From a virus, in the IMG/VR virus record IMGVR_UViG_3300016469_000426, positions 3,785 to 67,784 of that record: a stretch of DNA of 64,000 nucleotides. One strand, written 5' to 3'. This document shows positions 37,820 to 47,437 of the stretch, in pieces. The first letter of the stretch is position 1, and every line of letters starts with the position of its first letter. The notes beneath the pieces are model-generated. The model searched no databases, was not told where the DNA came from, and saw only the letters and a program-made list of their open reading frames with translations. Made by a program: the position numbers and the translations under genes.

Positions 37820-38164
37820 ATGAAAAAGATCAAAAAAATTTGGAACTCTCTCTTTAAACGCCCCAGATACATTGATGTAAAGTCTGGAGAGAAAGGTAAT
37901 CTTGTTGTTATTGAGATTGAAAAAGAAACCGGAAGCCTTACCGAAGGTTTAGGTGTTTCTCCGGAGAGAGCTAATCACCTGAGCAAACTTACACACGAGG
38001 TATTTCATAAATCTGATAACATTGTCGAAGTACTTGCTACCGTAAGTAAGGAGTGTGTCCATGCAAATGAGTTGTTCTTCGTATCACACGTAACAGCTAA
38101 TCTGCAGCGTGATAACCACCCTCCACGTTTTATCCAGGCTATCCTGGGTGGACGTAAGGGATAA
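37820..38164 (+). CDS. hypothetical protein
   Basis: 114 aa; preceded by caaaatctaagcccATG. Confidence 0.5.
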   Translation: MKKIKKIWNSLFKRPRYIDVKSGEKGNLVVIEIEKETGSLTEGLGVSPERANHLSKLTHEVFHKSDNIVEVLATVSKECVHANELFFVSHVTANLQRDNHPPRFIQAILGGRKG

Positions 38165-38188
38165 TTGAAATCAACATTCGCTGAGAAA

Positions 38189-38218
38189 GGGTCGGAGTGA
38201 TGGCCGACCCTATTCTTA
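38189..38218 (+). terminator. terminator-like hairpin
   Basis: gggtcgg agtgatgg ccgaccc tattctt. Confidence 0.4.
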
Positions 38219-38237
38219 AAGTTGCCCTGATGAGTCT

Positions 38238-38837
38238 TTGAAAATTAACAAAAAGGTGTATCTTTGCGGCATGACTTCAGCCGTATACATCATCAGAAAT
38301 ACTGTAAACAGCAAGATTTATGTCGGAAGTTCTCAAGATCTAAAAGGAAGATGGAAAACCCATCTTGATAAACTTCGTATAGGTAGGCATCACAACAAGA
38401 GACTTCAACACCATTACAATAAATACGGAGAACAATCTCTCATCATGGAAATTCTGGAAGAGGTATCGCACAATCTCTTAATACTTAGGGAACAGTACTG
38501 GATGGACAAACTGCAACCTTGGTTTAATCTTTGTCCTATAGCTGGAAGCTCCAAAGGAAGGGTATGTACTCAAGAACATAGAGCAAACTTATCTAAGGCT
38601 CACATTGGCAAAAAACATTCCGTAGAAGCCAGATCAAAAATGTCCGCTTCTCATAAAGGTACCAAGAAACCTTGGGCAAGAGGTAAAGGCAAATTAACTA
38701 TAGGACAGGTGCTGAAAATAAGAGATGAGCTCAGTATCAAATCTTGTGCTCAACTCGCAAAAGAATATGGAGTGAAGAGTTCAGCTATTAGCAAAATCAA
38801 ACAGGGTAGAACCTGGAACACCCTTTCTTTGTCCTGA
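38238..38837 (+). CDS. GIY-YIG homing endonuclease (I-TevI-like, with NUMOD3 repeats and C-terminal HTH)
   Basis: VYIIRNTVNSKIYVGSSQDLKGRWKTH (GIY-x10-YIG...R...H); three KGK/GK...S.E.R.K.S repeats; ...KSCAQLAKEYGVKSSAISKI. Confidence 0.8.
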   Translation: MKINKKVYLCGMTSAVYIIRNTVNSKIYVGSSQDLKGRWKTHLDKLRIGRHHNKRLQHHYNKYGEQSLIMEILEEVSHNLLILREQYWMDKLQPWFNLCPIAGSSKGRVCTQEHRANLSKAHIGKKHSVEARSKMSASHKGTKKPWARGKGKLTIGQVLKIRDELSIKSCAQLAKEYGVKSSAISKIKQGRTWNTLSLS

Positions 38838-39436
38838 TGATGTCAGGGGTGTATAAATATCAGACGAAACACTATGTGTCGGCAATGCACGAAGTTTAGC
38901 CGCCTAGACGCCATTCGAGCGAAGGCTGCCGGATACCTGGATCCGTGACAAAACCACAAGGTGGTCGAGTCTAAACCAGGAGAAATTGCTGGGAGCAAAA
39001 GTCGGGTGAGATTGTAAATCATCTCACTCGGCACTCTCAGCTTCTCATTAAAGGCTGCATACCGCACTTTAAAACAACGATCTGTTAAATCGAAAAGACG
39101 CAGCCTGCTCCTCTTAAGGACTCCGAACAGCACCTACAAACCACTTGCCTTTTAAGCAAACCCGGTGGAGTCCGCCCCTTTTTAAGGGATGCTTGCAGCA
39201 CTAAAAACCCATTTGAAACATGGCTTAGTGGCATCCTGCACCTATTGACTATAATGGATACATCAGCACTCTGAAACTATAAATCAGAGAGCCCGAAAGG
39301 GCAAACCTGGGAGAACCCTTTGCTCAATTAGCTAAGGTGGGTACCGTATCCTGTTATGTAGTCAACCCCACCGCCCGTGAAAAGGTGGTGGGTTCTCCCT
39401 CAATCCTCAAGTAACAACCATTAAATCTAAGCCGTA
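38838..39436 (+). ncRNA. 600-nt ORF-poor, highly structured region downstream of GIY-YIG gene
   Basis: GNRA hairpin gcccGAAAgggc, GGGAGAACCC...GGGTTCTCCC long-range repeat, GGACTCC...GGAGTCC. Confidence 0.3.
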
Positions 39437-40546
39437 ATGAGCAGACTTGTTAATGCAGCACGTAGCTATGACGCTACAACAAATAAAGGAGCAGTTACTC
39501 ACTCTACCTCCTTGAACTTCTGTCTCGATATGTTCTTCCTTGCAGGAGCATCTCGCAATATGGACGAGAAGTCTATGATCACCATCTTTGAAAGAGCTTA
39601 TGCTCAAGATCCAAACATTGCGGCCAAGATTTTATTCTGGTCTCGTGATGCTCGTGGTGGTGCAGGTGAGCGCCGATTCTTTCATACAATTATGCGACAT
39701 ATTCTGGATAAATATCCTGAGGTTGCAGACAAACTAATGGTACATGTACCAGAGTTTGGGTATTGGAAGGATGTGTTCGCAATAGAGAAACCGAACGAGA
39801 ACAACCTTAACTGGTTGAAACATTCTCTTGAGGAATCTCCTAATGCGAATCTCTTGGCCAAATGGTTCCCGCGCAAAGGTCCATGGTTTGTAGCCATGCA
39901 TCGTTATCTTGGTATGACGCCTAAAGAATTTCGCAAGAAACTCGTGGCAATGACTAAGGTAGTAGAAACGCAGATGTGTAACCAAGAATGGAAAGGTATC
40001 AAGTACGAAGCAGTACCTTCTATCGCGATGAATAAATACCGCAAGGCATTTTTCAAACACGATGAAGAACGTATGAAAGCATACGTTGAGGCCGTACATT
40101 CAGGTGAAGCTAAGATTAACGCATCAGTACTATTCCCTCATCAATTGTATCAAGCAATTAATAAAGGGGAGAATGAGCGTGCAGTCGAAGCACAGTGGAA
40201 TAACCTACCAGATTATATGGAAGGATCAACAGAACGCATCACTCCGGTGTGTGATGTATCTGGAAGTATGATGGGATTACCTATGGACGTAAGTGTAGCG
40301 CTGGGGATTTATATCTCTGAGCGTAACAAAGGTATCTTCAAAGATGCCTTCTTGACTTTCTCTGAAAGACCTGAGATGCAATACCTGAAAGGGTCACTTG
40401 CTCAAAGAATGCGTCAGCTGAATCAAGCTCCATGGGGTGGTACCACAAATCTGCAGTCGACCTTTGACTTAATCCTCAACAGTGCAATCAGAGAGAAAAT
40501 CTCTGAGGATGAAATGCCAACCAAGATCTTAATCATCTCGGATTAA
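39437..40546 (+). CDS. vWA-domain protein, 5' exon (frame stops at TAA 40544-40546 at intron start)
   Basis: MIDAS motif DVSGSM; ends ...KILIISD; preceded by taaatctaagccgtaATG. Confidence 0.65.
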   Translation: MSRLVNAARSYDATTNKGAVTHSTSLNFCLDMFFLAGASRNMDEKSMITIFERAYAQDPNIAAKILFWSRDARGGAGERRFFHTIMRHILDKYPEVADKLMVHVPEFGYWKDVFAIEKPNENNLNWLKHSLEESPNANLLAKWFPRKGPWFVAMHRYLGMTPKEFRKKLVAMTKVVETQMCNQEWKGIKYEAVPSIAMNKYRKAFFKHDEERMKAYVEAVHSGEAKINASVLFPHQLYQAINKGENERAVEAQWNNLPDYMEGSTERITPVCDVSGSMMGLPMDVSVALGIYISERNKGIFKDAFLTFSERPEMQYLKGSLAQRMRQLNQAPWGGTTNLQSTFDLILNSAIREKISEDEMPTKILIISD

Positions 40547-41504
40547 TCTTAGTCCCTCTCAGTAGAAATACTGATGAGAAAACGCTTTAAATTGCGGGAA
40601 ACTCTTTAGAACTCTAATTACCAACTCATCACAGTAATGTAGATGAGGGTGTTACTAATCATAACAGTATGGTAAAAACATTAGAGATTAGACAATCCGC
40701 AGCCAAACTTGTAAAATTATTTGTGTACGTGGAATTTAAACTGTATATTTGTTGTATGAAAACAAGACAATATACACTAGATGAAGACTTCTTCTCTGTC
40801 ATAGACAGTGAAGAAAAGGCTTATTGGTTAGGCTTTATATTTGCAGATGGTTCAGTAACTGTCCGGAGTGCTGGACAAGCCGTACTGCAAATAAAATGTC
40901 ATATTAAAGACGCAGCTCATCTAAATAAATTCCACAAGGATATTGGTACAAACAAGCCTATTAAATATTATAGTCAGAAAACAGTCTACTCAAATAGTAA
41001 GTATGCTCAATCAGCTTTAATATCTAATACACTTGTACAAGATTTAATCTCAAAAGGATGTGTTCCCAGAAAGAGTTTGATTCTCAAATGGCCTAACAAT
41101 CTTACAGAAGAATTAGCTCCTCATTTTATGAGAGGTTATTTTGACGGAGACGGCTCAATATGTGAAACAACTCAGAAAACCAAGCATGGTATCTGGAAAC
41201 ACCCTGCAATCAGTATTTGCGGAACAAAAGAGTTCCTTACCGAGTTTGCTAAAAGATTGAATATTGAAAAGTGTATCTATCCTGAGTACAGAAAAAAAGA
41301 CAAAAATTGTTGGTCTCTCAAGCTCAGCTCAAAAAAAAGATGTAAATCTTTCTTTGACTTGCTTTATAAAGATCAACATGTATGTCTATCTAGAAAACTT
41401 GAAAAGTTTTTAGAATTACAAGGAGGTTCAACGACTACAATAAGCGCACCTACACAGGTGATGGTATAGTCTGATCTTACATGAGAATGTAAGCTAACAT
41501 AATG
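40544..41504 (+). mobile_element. group-I-like intron interrupting vWA gene, carrying LAGLIDADG endonuclease
   Basis: Exon 1 ends on U (40543), downstream in-frame continuation MEFDSACSY... begins after G 41504; boundaries inferred from protein continuity. Confidence 0.5.
40669..41469 (+). CDS. LAGLIDADG homing endonuclease (double-motif)
   Basis: AYWLGFIFADGSV and MRGYFDGDGSI motifs. Confidence 0.8.
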   Translation: MVKTLEIRQSAAKLVKLFVYVEFKLYICCMKTRQYTLDEDFFSVIDSEEKAYWLGFIFADGSVTVRSAGQAVLQIKCHIKDAAHLNKFHKDIGTNKPIKYYSQKTVYSNSKYAQSALISNTLVQDLISKGCVPRKSLILKWPNNLTEELAPHFMRGYFDGDGSICETTQKTKHGIWKHPAISICGTKEFLTEFAKRLNIEKCIYPEYRKKDKNCWSLKLSSKKRCKSFFDLLYKDQHVCLSRKLEKFLELQGGSTTTISAPTQVMV

Positions 41505-41795
41505 ATGGAGTTTGATTCAGCTTGTAGTTATCGTAGATCAGGAACAAACCTAGATATCATCCGCGAAAAGTACCAGCAAGCTGGTTACAAGATGCCGGAG
41601 ATTATCTTCTGGAATGTAAATGGTCGTATCGGCAATTCTCCTGCACAGAAGAGTGATAAGGGAATCGGTCTTGTATCAGGATTCAGCCCGTCTATCTTGA
41701 AGTCAGTATTGAAAGGTGAGATCTACTCTCCTGAACAACTGATGATGGATACAGTGAATGTTGATCGATACAGACTCATCCAGGTAACTGAATAA
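41505..41795 (+). CDS. vWA-domain protein, 3' exon
   Basis: In frame with exon 1 after removing 40544..41504; exact 3' splice site within +/-3 nt. Confidence 0.5.
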   Translation: MEFDSACSYRRSGTNLDIIREKYQQAGYKMPEIIFWNVNGRIGNSPAQKSDKGIGLVSGFSPSILKSVLKGEIYSPEQLMMDTVNVDRYRLIQVTE

Positions 41796-41844
41796 GATCG
41801 GAGTATTATCCCGCTTGGCAACAGAAGGGATATCATGATATTGC

Positions 41845-41882
41845 GAGAGAGCTGTGACTTCACCACAGCTCTCTTGTTTTTC
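41845..41882 (+). terminator. Rho-independent terminator after vWA gene
   Basis: gagagagctgtg acttcacc acagctctct tgttttt. Confidence 0.55.
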
Positions 41883-41958
41883 ATCTTTGAGTAAAGAGGA
41901 ACAACTCAAAGCTCTGAAGGAAAGCTCGTTCCTCGAAAAACCATCTAAAAATCTAAGC

Positions 41959-42732
41959 ATGAAAATTGAACAAGTGCGAAAGCACCCAGCGCACGCGCTG
42001 CTTGCTGCAACTATCGGTGAAAAAGCAGCCGATGAAGCCATCATCAAAATGATGGAGGAAGAAATCAAGAAGAACCAAGCAGAGACTGAGTTCTCTACCG
42101 GAACTAAACGTATCATTCTTCCAGCCACAATGAATAAGTTGCAGGCAGCAAAAGAATTGAAGCGTCAGTGGGATGACGAAGAACAGGTAATTAATGTGGA
42201 CAGAATGTTCGGTGAATGGAACTGGAGAGATGTCCTTGTTGCAGTAAAGAAAGCTGCAGAACGTCACTTTGGTTGGATCCAAGGTAAGACTGTACATACC
42301 TTCTTCGGTACTCAGCGCCCTACAGACATTGAGATTGTCGTTGATATCAAAGACGGCAAGAAAATTACTGAGACCTGTTTCTACGGACAGTTCACCGCAA
42401 CTGTTTGGGAAGATGCAGTGGTCGAAGTAGGACCGAGCCACATCAGCGCAACTGTGAAGAAGCGCTATGCTCATGAAGCAAAAGAATTTTTCGACCTGAT
42501 CCAGAAAATCCTGGACACTGAGTCGATCTACCGTGGACGTGCAATCACTGTTACAAAGCAGACTTCACCATGGGGTGAGATCTCTTTGGATTTCGATATC
42601 TTCGAGATGAAGGTATCCGACAAGATTGTATTGAACGAAGACGTGGACACTGTTGTTCGCAACTTCATCATTGACGATCTTGGTGAAGATGGCAAGCGTT
42701 GCTATCTTTTCTCAGGTGGTTATGGAAATGGT
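41959..42732 (+). CDS. AAA+ ATPase, 5' exon (ends GGYGNG, first half of Walker A)
   Basis: Start after ctaaaaatctaagcATG; ...DGKRCYLFSGGYGNG then ORF frame runs into intron (stop 42751). Confidence 0.65.
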
Positions 42733-43756
42733 AGAATCAGAAATTTTGCGTAACTTTGTCACATGACAAAGTATGAACAAGGTGAAGAGTTATACAGACA
42801 AGGTATGTTCTTAAAAGACATTGCTCTGGAGCTAAAAATATCAGCTCATAGACTATCTGTATATCTCAGGAAAAGAGGTGTTCCGAAGAACCCTCATCAT
42901 TACAAGGCAACTGTAAAGTCTACTCTTAGAACCGACATCTTCAAAGATATCGATACTAAGGAGAAAGCCTATTGGCTCGGTTTTATCTTTGCTGACGGGT
43001 ATGTTTCAGAAAGAAACGTTTTTGAAGTGGCGCTATCCATTAAGGATATCTCTCACTTAGAAAAGCTAAAGCTCTTTCTAGGGATAAGCAATCCTATAAA
43101 GATTACAGACACAAGTTGTAGATTATATGTAACTGACAAGACTTTTGTTGCACACCTTAATAAGCACGGTGTTGTACCAAGGAAATCTCTTATCCTCAAG
43201 TATCCATCAATTGATCGAGCCTTTGACAAAGCTTTCATGATGGGCTATTTTGATGGAGACGGATGTCTTACATATAATCGTGTTAGAAAAAGACTTCAGC
43301 TCAGTCTAATAGGAACACCAGAGTTCCTAGAAGCATATAAGAAGAGACTTTCTACTACAGCAAAGCTGACTCTTTATCAGGATAAAAGACATAAGCCACA
43401 AACAAGATATATCTCCGCAGCTGGAAAACACGCTGTAGAAATCTATCAGCAACTTGTAGATGATTCCCCTATACACCTTGAGAGAAAACGCAAAGTATTC
43501 TCTGCCGCGCTAGGTAGTAATACTTAGTGTTATTAACGGGTAAAAACGGTGAAGGCTGAAATGCTAATACCGTGCTAAGACTTCTGATTACGAAAGGCAG
43601 AAGTACAGTGTAACGCATAGTCGGTGAATAAATATAATCCGACCAAGAGTATCCGTCACCCAAACAGTAAAGCTGTGGGTGAAAATGTATGCTGAGCTCA
43701 CACGAAAGACAAGTGTGAGAATCACAGGATAAAAAGCCTGTGAGATAACAAAACTG
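42733..43756 (+). mobile_element. group-I-like intron in AAA+ ATPase gene, carrying LAGLIDADG endonuclease
   Basis: 5' exon ends on U (ggT|aga), intron ends on G 43756; 244-nt structured tail after HEG ORF; splicing fuses GGYGNG|KT. Confidence 0.65.
42763..43527 (+). CDS. LAGLIDADG homing endonuclease with N-terminal HTH
   Basis: AYWLGFIFADGYV and MMGYFDGDGCL motifs. Confidence 0.8.
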   Translation: MTKYEQGEELYRQGMFLKDIALELKISAHRLSVYLRKRGVPKNPHHYKATVKSTLRTDIFKDIDTKEKAYWLGFIFADGYVSERNVFEVALSIKDISHLEKLKLFLGISNPIKITDTSCRLYVTDKTFVAHLNKHGVVPRKSLILKYPSIDRAFDKAFMMGYFDGDGCLTYNRVRKRLQLSLIGTPEFLEAYKKRLSTTAKLTLYQDKRHKPQTRYISAAGKHAVEIYQQLVDDSPIHLERKRKVFSAALGSNT

Positions 43757-44422
43757 AAAACAGAAACAGCTATGCGTATCGGTTCAGCCGGCCTTACAAA
43801 AGGTATGGCGTACTTCTACTGCAAAGATGCCGATGTATTCCACATGCTTCTTGGCCAAGCTAAGAACTACCAGCCGTGCATCGTGTTCCTTGAGGACGTG
43901 GATGAAATCGGTGCAGGTACCAAGCGTGATGCCGACATGAATAAGATCCTGAATACTCTGGATGGTGTACAGACTAAGGGTAACAACCTTACTGTAATCT
44001 TTACAACCAACCATGAGAAGCGTATCAACCCGGCTCTCCGTCGCCCAGGTCGTATTGACCTTGTGGTGAACTTTGAGAATCCGGACAAAGTTGCCGTTGC
44101 AGAAATCTATCATCGTTATCTGGCTCCATTGGATACAGAAAAGTTGTTGGATTACAACGTGCTTGCTGATCGCACTCCGGACTGTCCTGGTGCAGTTGTT
44201 GCTGAAATTGCTAAGCGTGCAGTTAAACTCTGCAAGAAGCGTGGCGCAGTAAATGATGACCTGGTAAAAGCAGCAGTTGATTCCATGAAGCATCATTTGA
44301 AACTGATGAAAGAAGAAGTGGAAGAACCACGTACTGGTGACATGACCATCACGGTTAAGAATGCCAGCATGAACGTTTCTGAAGCAGCTTCTAAGAATGG
44401 AGCGGCTGTCAAAGCCAATTAA
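43757..44422 (+). CDS. AAA+ ATPase, 3' exon
   Basis: Begins KTETAMRIG...; Walker B CIVFLEDVDE, sensor-1 TTN, Arg finger ALRRPGRID. Confidence 0.65.
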   Translation, partial: KTETAMRIGSAGLTKGMAYFYCKDADVFHMLLGQAKNYQPCIVFLEDVDEIGAGTKRDADMNKILNTLDGVQTKGNNLTVIFTTNHEKRINPALRRPGRIDLVVNFENPDKVAVAEIYHRYLAPLDTEKLLDYNVLADRTPDCPGAVVAEIAKRAVKLCKKRGAVNDDLVKAAVDSMKHHLKLMKEEVEEPRTGDMTITVKNASMNVSEAASKNGAAVKAN

Positions 44423-44474
44423 TATTGTGAGAGAATGGGCTGGCAATTAGGCTAGCCCATACTCTTTTTACACT

Positions 44475-44666
44475 ATGAAAAACGTGTTCTTATTTCTCGT
44501 AGGAGCGATCGTTGTTATCGTTCTGAACGGGCTCTACTTTGAATACTGCGTGAGTAGAGAAATGCCATTGTTCTTGTCTACAGTTGCTACTATAGTTATT
44601 CTATTAGTAGATGTGCTGGCAATGGTATACGCGGTAAAGTTACTAATCAAAATACTCAAAATCTAA
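44475..44666 (+). CDS. small two-TM membrane protein
   Basis: 63 aa, hydrophobic. Confidence 0.45.
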   Translation: MKNVFLFLVGAIVVIVLNGLYFEYCVSREMPLFLSTVATIVILLVDVLAMVYAVKLLIKILKI

Positions 44667-44670
44667 GCAC

Positions 44671-45654
44671 ATGATCTCATTGATTATTATCCTGCTTTCA
44701 ATCGTTGTCGCTGTTGGATGGCTTATCTCCACACGAAGTAATGCGTTCGGACCGGAACAAAAAGATCGTTACGGCGATGTTACCCGACCTTTCAATCCAA
44801 AGTGGTTATTTACTCCGATCGCCATTGTTGTAGTAGGACTCCTGACCGGAATGATTCAGCCTTATTCCCTTGAAAGAGTAGACTCTGGACATATCGGTAT
44901 TAAAGTGAAATTGACCGGTAATGAACGCGGCGTATCTGATTACACATACAAAACTGGATGGGTCGTATACAATACCTGGACGGAGAACCTATATGAGTTC
45001 CCCACCTTTCAGCAGCATATTGAATACGATAATCAGATTGTGATAACCAAAGGAGGATTTCAGGCTACTATTAAACCAACATTCAACTATTCACTCAAAG
45101 CCGATGCCGTAGGGGATATGTTCTCTGAACTACGCCTCGACATAAAAAGTATTGAGAAGGGATGGTTAATGACAGCTATTGTTGGATCTGTTAATGATGT
45201 GGCCAATCGGTGGGCAGTGGATGACATTTTCAATAAACGAGAAGAGTTTGAATCTGCAATCGTAGCTGAATGTAATAAGCGTGTATCCAAATGGTTCAGA
45301 GTAAGTCAGCTTAGAACTAATATTGTTCCCCCTGAAGCGCTAAAAGCATCCATCGAGGCAAAGACTAAAGCTGTGCAAGATGCCCAAGCTAAAATGCAGG
45401 AAGCATTAGTAGCAGAAGCAGATGCAAAGAAAAAGATTGCTATTGCCAGAGGTGACTCAGCACAAGCTGTAATTAAAGCATCCGGTCTAGCTGAATCCGA
45501 GATAATCGAAGCTCGAGGTACGGCAGAAGCTATGCGACTTAAACAAAAAGAGCTTAATGCTCTCTATGTGGAGTTCATTAAAGCTCAGAACTGGGATGGT
45601 AAACTACCAACAACTGTATTAGGGAATAGTACCCCTATGATCAACGTTAAGTAA
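44671..45654 (+). CDS. SPFH (band-7/prohibitin/HflKC-like) domain membrane protein
   Basis: N-terminal TM; SGHIGIKVKLTGNERGV...NQIVITKGGFQATIKP core; Ala/Lys/Glu coiled-coil tail. Confidence 0.6.
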   Translation: MISLIIILLSIVVAVGWLISTRSNAFGPEQKDRYGDVTRPFNPKWLFTPIAIVVVGLLTGMIQPYSLERVDSGHIGIKVKLTGNERGVSDYTYKTGWVVYNTWTENLYEFPTFQQHIEYDNQIVITKGGFQATIKPTFNYSLKADAVGDMFSELRLDIKSIEKGWLMTAIVGSVNDVANRWAVDDIFNKREEFESAIVAECNKRVSKWFRVSQLRTNIVPPEALKASIEAKTKAVQDAQAKMQEALVAEADAKKKIAIARGDSAQAVIKASGLAESEIIEARGTAEAMRLKQKELNALYVEFIKAQNWDGKLPTTVLGNSTPMINVK

Positions 45655-45701
45655 GGGCCAACGGTCCAGCCTATGACACGACCGATAATATCAACTCAAA
45701 A

Positions 45702-46112
45702 ATGAAAACTCTGTTTACACTCATTCTTTCGTTAATCTGTATGATTACAGTAGCTAACGAATCCGCTGCAATCAAATCCCTCACTCTTGATGGTCAATAT
45801 CTTGCAGAAAGAAACATTAAATGCGAAGTGTTTTTGTTACGACCAGACAGCACGATGAAATTAACCGAGACTATAAAAAGTCAGAGGTACTTCAGTGTAC
45901 AACTGGAAACATCGCTAAGCTATGTATTAAAATTTACTTCAAAGGATGCTAAGGTTAAGTATCTATACATCCCTGAAGTAATACCCGGTAAGTTCATATT
46001 CAGTGTAGATTTTGCAAGTAAAAGTTCGGCTACATTGAGATACGATGAAAAAACCCGGAAAATGAAGCTCGAGAAAACGGACAGACGCAAAATACCTATA
46101 CGTGAACAATGA
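45702..46112 (+). CDS. secreted protein (signal peptide)
   Basis: MKTLFTLILSLICMITVANE. Confidence 0.45.
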   Translation: MKTLFTLILSLICMITVANESAAIKSLTLDGQYLAERNIKCEVFLLRPDSTMKLTETIKSQRYFSVQLETSLSYVLKFTSKDAKVKYLYIPEVIPGKFIFSVDFASKSSATLRYDEKTRKMKLEKTDRRKIPIREQ

Positions 46113-46545
46113 AGATTACATAGAGGTAAAGATTCACAAGGAGCAAATCAGAACCCAGCTAAAAAAGATGCTGGGTTCTGAATACTCCGACTTGATATCC
46201 CAAGTAATCGTCGACAATCTGTCGGTGACAGAAGTGGGTCTCTCACAACTGTACAAGTCCTTCAGTGGACTGAAAGACGAATTCAAATTCAAGGTCGGAC
46301 AGAAGGTACTCCTAAACAAGTCGAATCTCTACTCGTGGAGAATAGACGAAGGAAAAATGATGGAAGCTGGTATGCTCAAACAAGGTAGAATAACCTGTAT
46401 GATAACCAAGCTTACCAAAACTCAAGAGAAGCCATACACTGTAAAGTATACTTATCTTGACTCTTCAGGAAAAGAAGGAGAAGACACTATAAATGTAGAT
46501 GAATCCGGAATGTTTCCTGTAGACGAATACCCTCTTGACCAATAA
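46102..46545 (+). CDS. hypothetical protein
   Basis: 147 aa ORF. Confidence 0.45.
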   Translation: MNNEDYIEVKIHKEQIRTQLKKMLGSEYSDLISQVIVDNLSVTEVGLSQLYKSFSGLKDEFKFKVGQKVLLNKSNLYSWRIDEGKMMEAGMLKQGRITCMITKLTKTQEKPYTVKYTYLDSSGKEGEDTINVDESGMFPVDEYPLDQ

Positions 46546-46556
46546 TACCTGATAAC

Positions 46557-46796
46557 ATGGAAAAGTTTGGCATCGTAAACAGTGATATCGTATCCGACCC
46601 GAACCTCTCGCTAAGAGCAAAAGGATTATACGCTATCCTGTCAAAGTATGCTGACTCAGAAAGGAAGTGCTATCCATCCATGAACACTCTGGCCGCAGAG
46701 GCCGGAACATCAGTGCGCACAATAGAGCGATTACTTAAAGAACTTAAAGAAAACGACTATGTCACTAGAGAAGGAAAATTCTTCAGGCTCAAGTAA
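46557..46796 (+). CDS. winged-HTH DNA-binding protein (replication-initiator N-terminal HTH type)
   Basis: LSLRAKGLYAILSKYADSERKCYPSMNTLAAEAGTSVRTIERLLKELKENDYV. Confidence 0.5.
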   Translation: MEKFGIVNSDIVSDPNLSLRAKGLYAILSKYADSERKCYPSMNTLAAEAGTSVRTIERLLKELKENDYVTREGKFFRLK

Positions 46797-47029
46797 AGCG
46801 CACAAACGCTATGTATACCTGAACAAATTCACAGACTACAGGGACAACACGGATCGAAAGTTTAACATTGTTGAAAACAACATGCGAGAAACTAAAAGAA
46901 AGATCCGCACGCTCACAATCTGGGCGACTGTCCTTACTATCATCCTCCTTGCTCAACTCGCCATCCAACTCACCACCTGAAAAAACATTTGCCCGTGTCG
47001 CAAACTTTGCTATATTTGCAACGGGAACC

Positions 47030-47323
47030 ATGATCTATCAACTACCAAATGGCAAGATCATACACTTATCTGTAGAAGAATATCTGGATCTTACTGATCA
47101 GGATATCCAATACCTCATGAGTGTTAATGCCGGGGACCACCCGACGTCTCCATGGCATGGCTCCGCTATCAAAAAGCGTAAACAAAGACCATCAGAAGAA
47201 GAAGATATCGATTCTTCTATCGACTATATGCCAGAACTTGATGAACCACTCGGACCCTCTGGCTCAGAAGAACCTTCTTATGAAGAAGAGTTCCCTGACT
47301 TTCCTGATGATTCCCCAGTATAG
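47030..47323 (+). CDS. acidic protein
   Basis: Start at MIYQLPNG after gaaccATG; Asp/Glu-rich tail. Confidence 0.4.
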   Translation: MIYQLPNGKIIHLSVEEYLDLTDQDIQYLMSVNAGDHPTSPWHGSAIKKRKQRPSEEEDIDSSIDYMPELDEPLGPSGSEEPSYEEEFPDFPDDSPV

Positions 47324-47437
47324 CCTCGTCGTTTCCTGACAACGACAACTATTATAAGACCGGATGAGCTGCCGGTCTTTTGCATTTATATGCACTCAAG
47401 CCAGCTCTCAATAATCAACTCACAAAATCAATTTACC

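Noticed and set aside
38843-39133. 96-aa minus-strand ORF inside the structured region after the GIY-YIG gene
   Set aside because: Opposite orientation to the whole module, no start context, and sits in strongly structured RNA.
40669-43527. Inteins as an explanation for the LAGLIDADG ORFs
   Set aside because: Both endonuclease ORFs have their own start codons and are out of frame with the host gene. They are separated from it by stop codons and lack Hint N/C splicing blocks (no C-terminal HN plus Cys/Ser).
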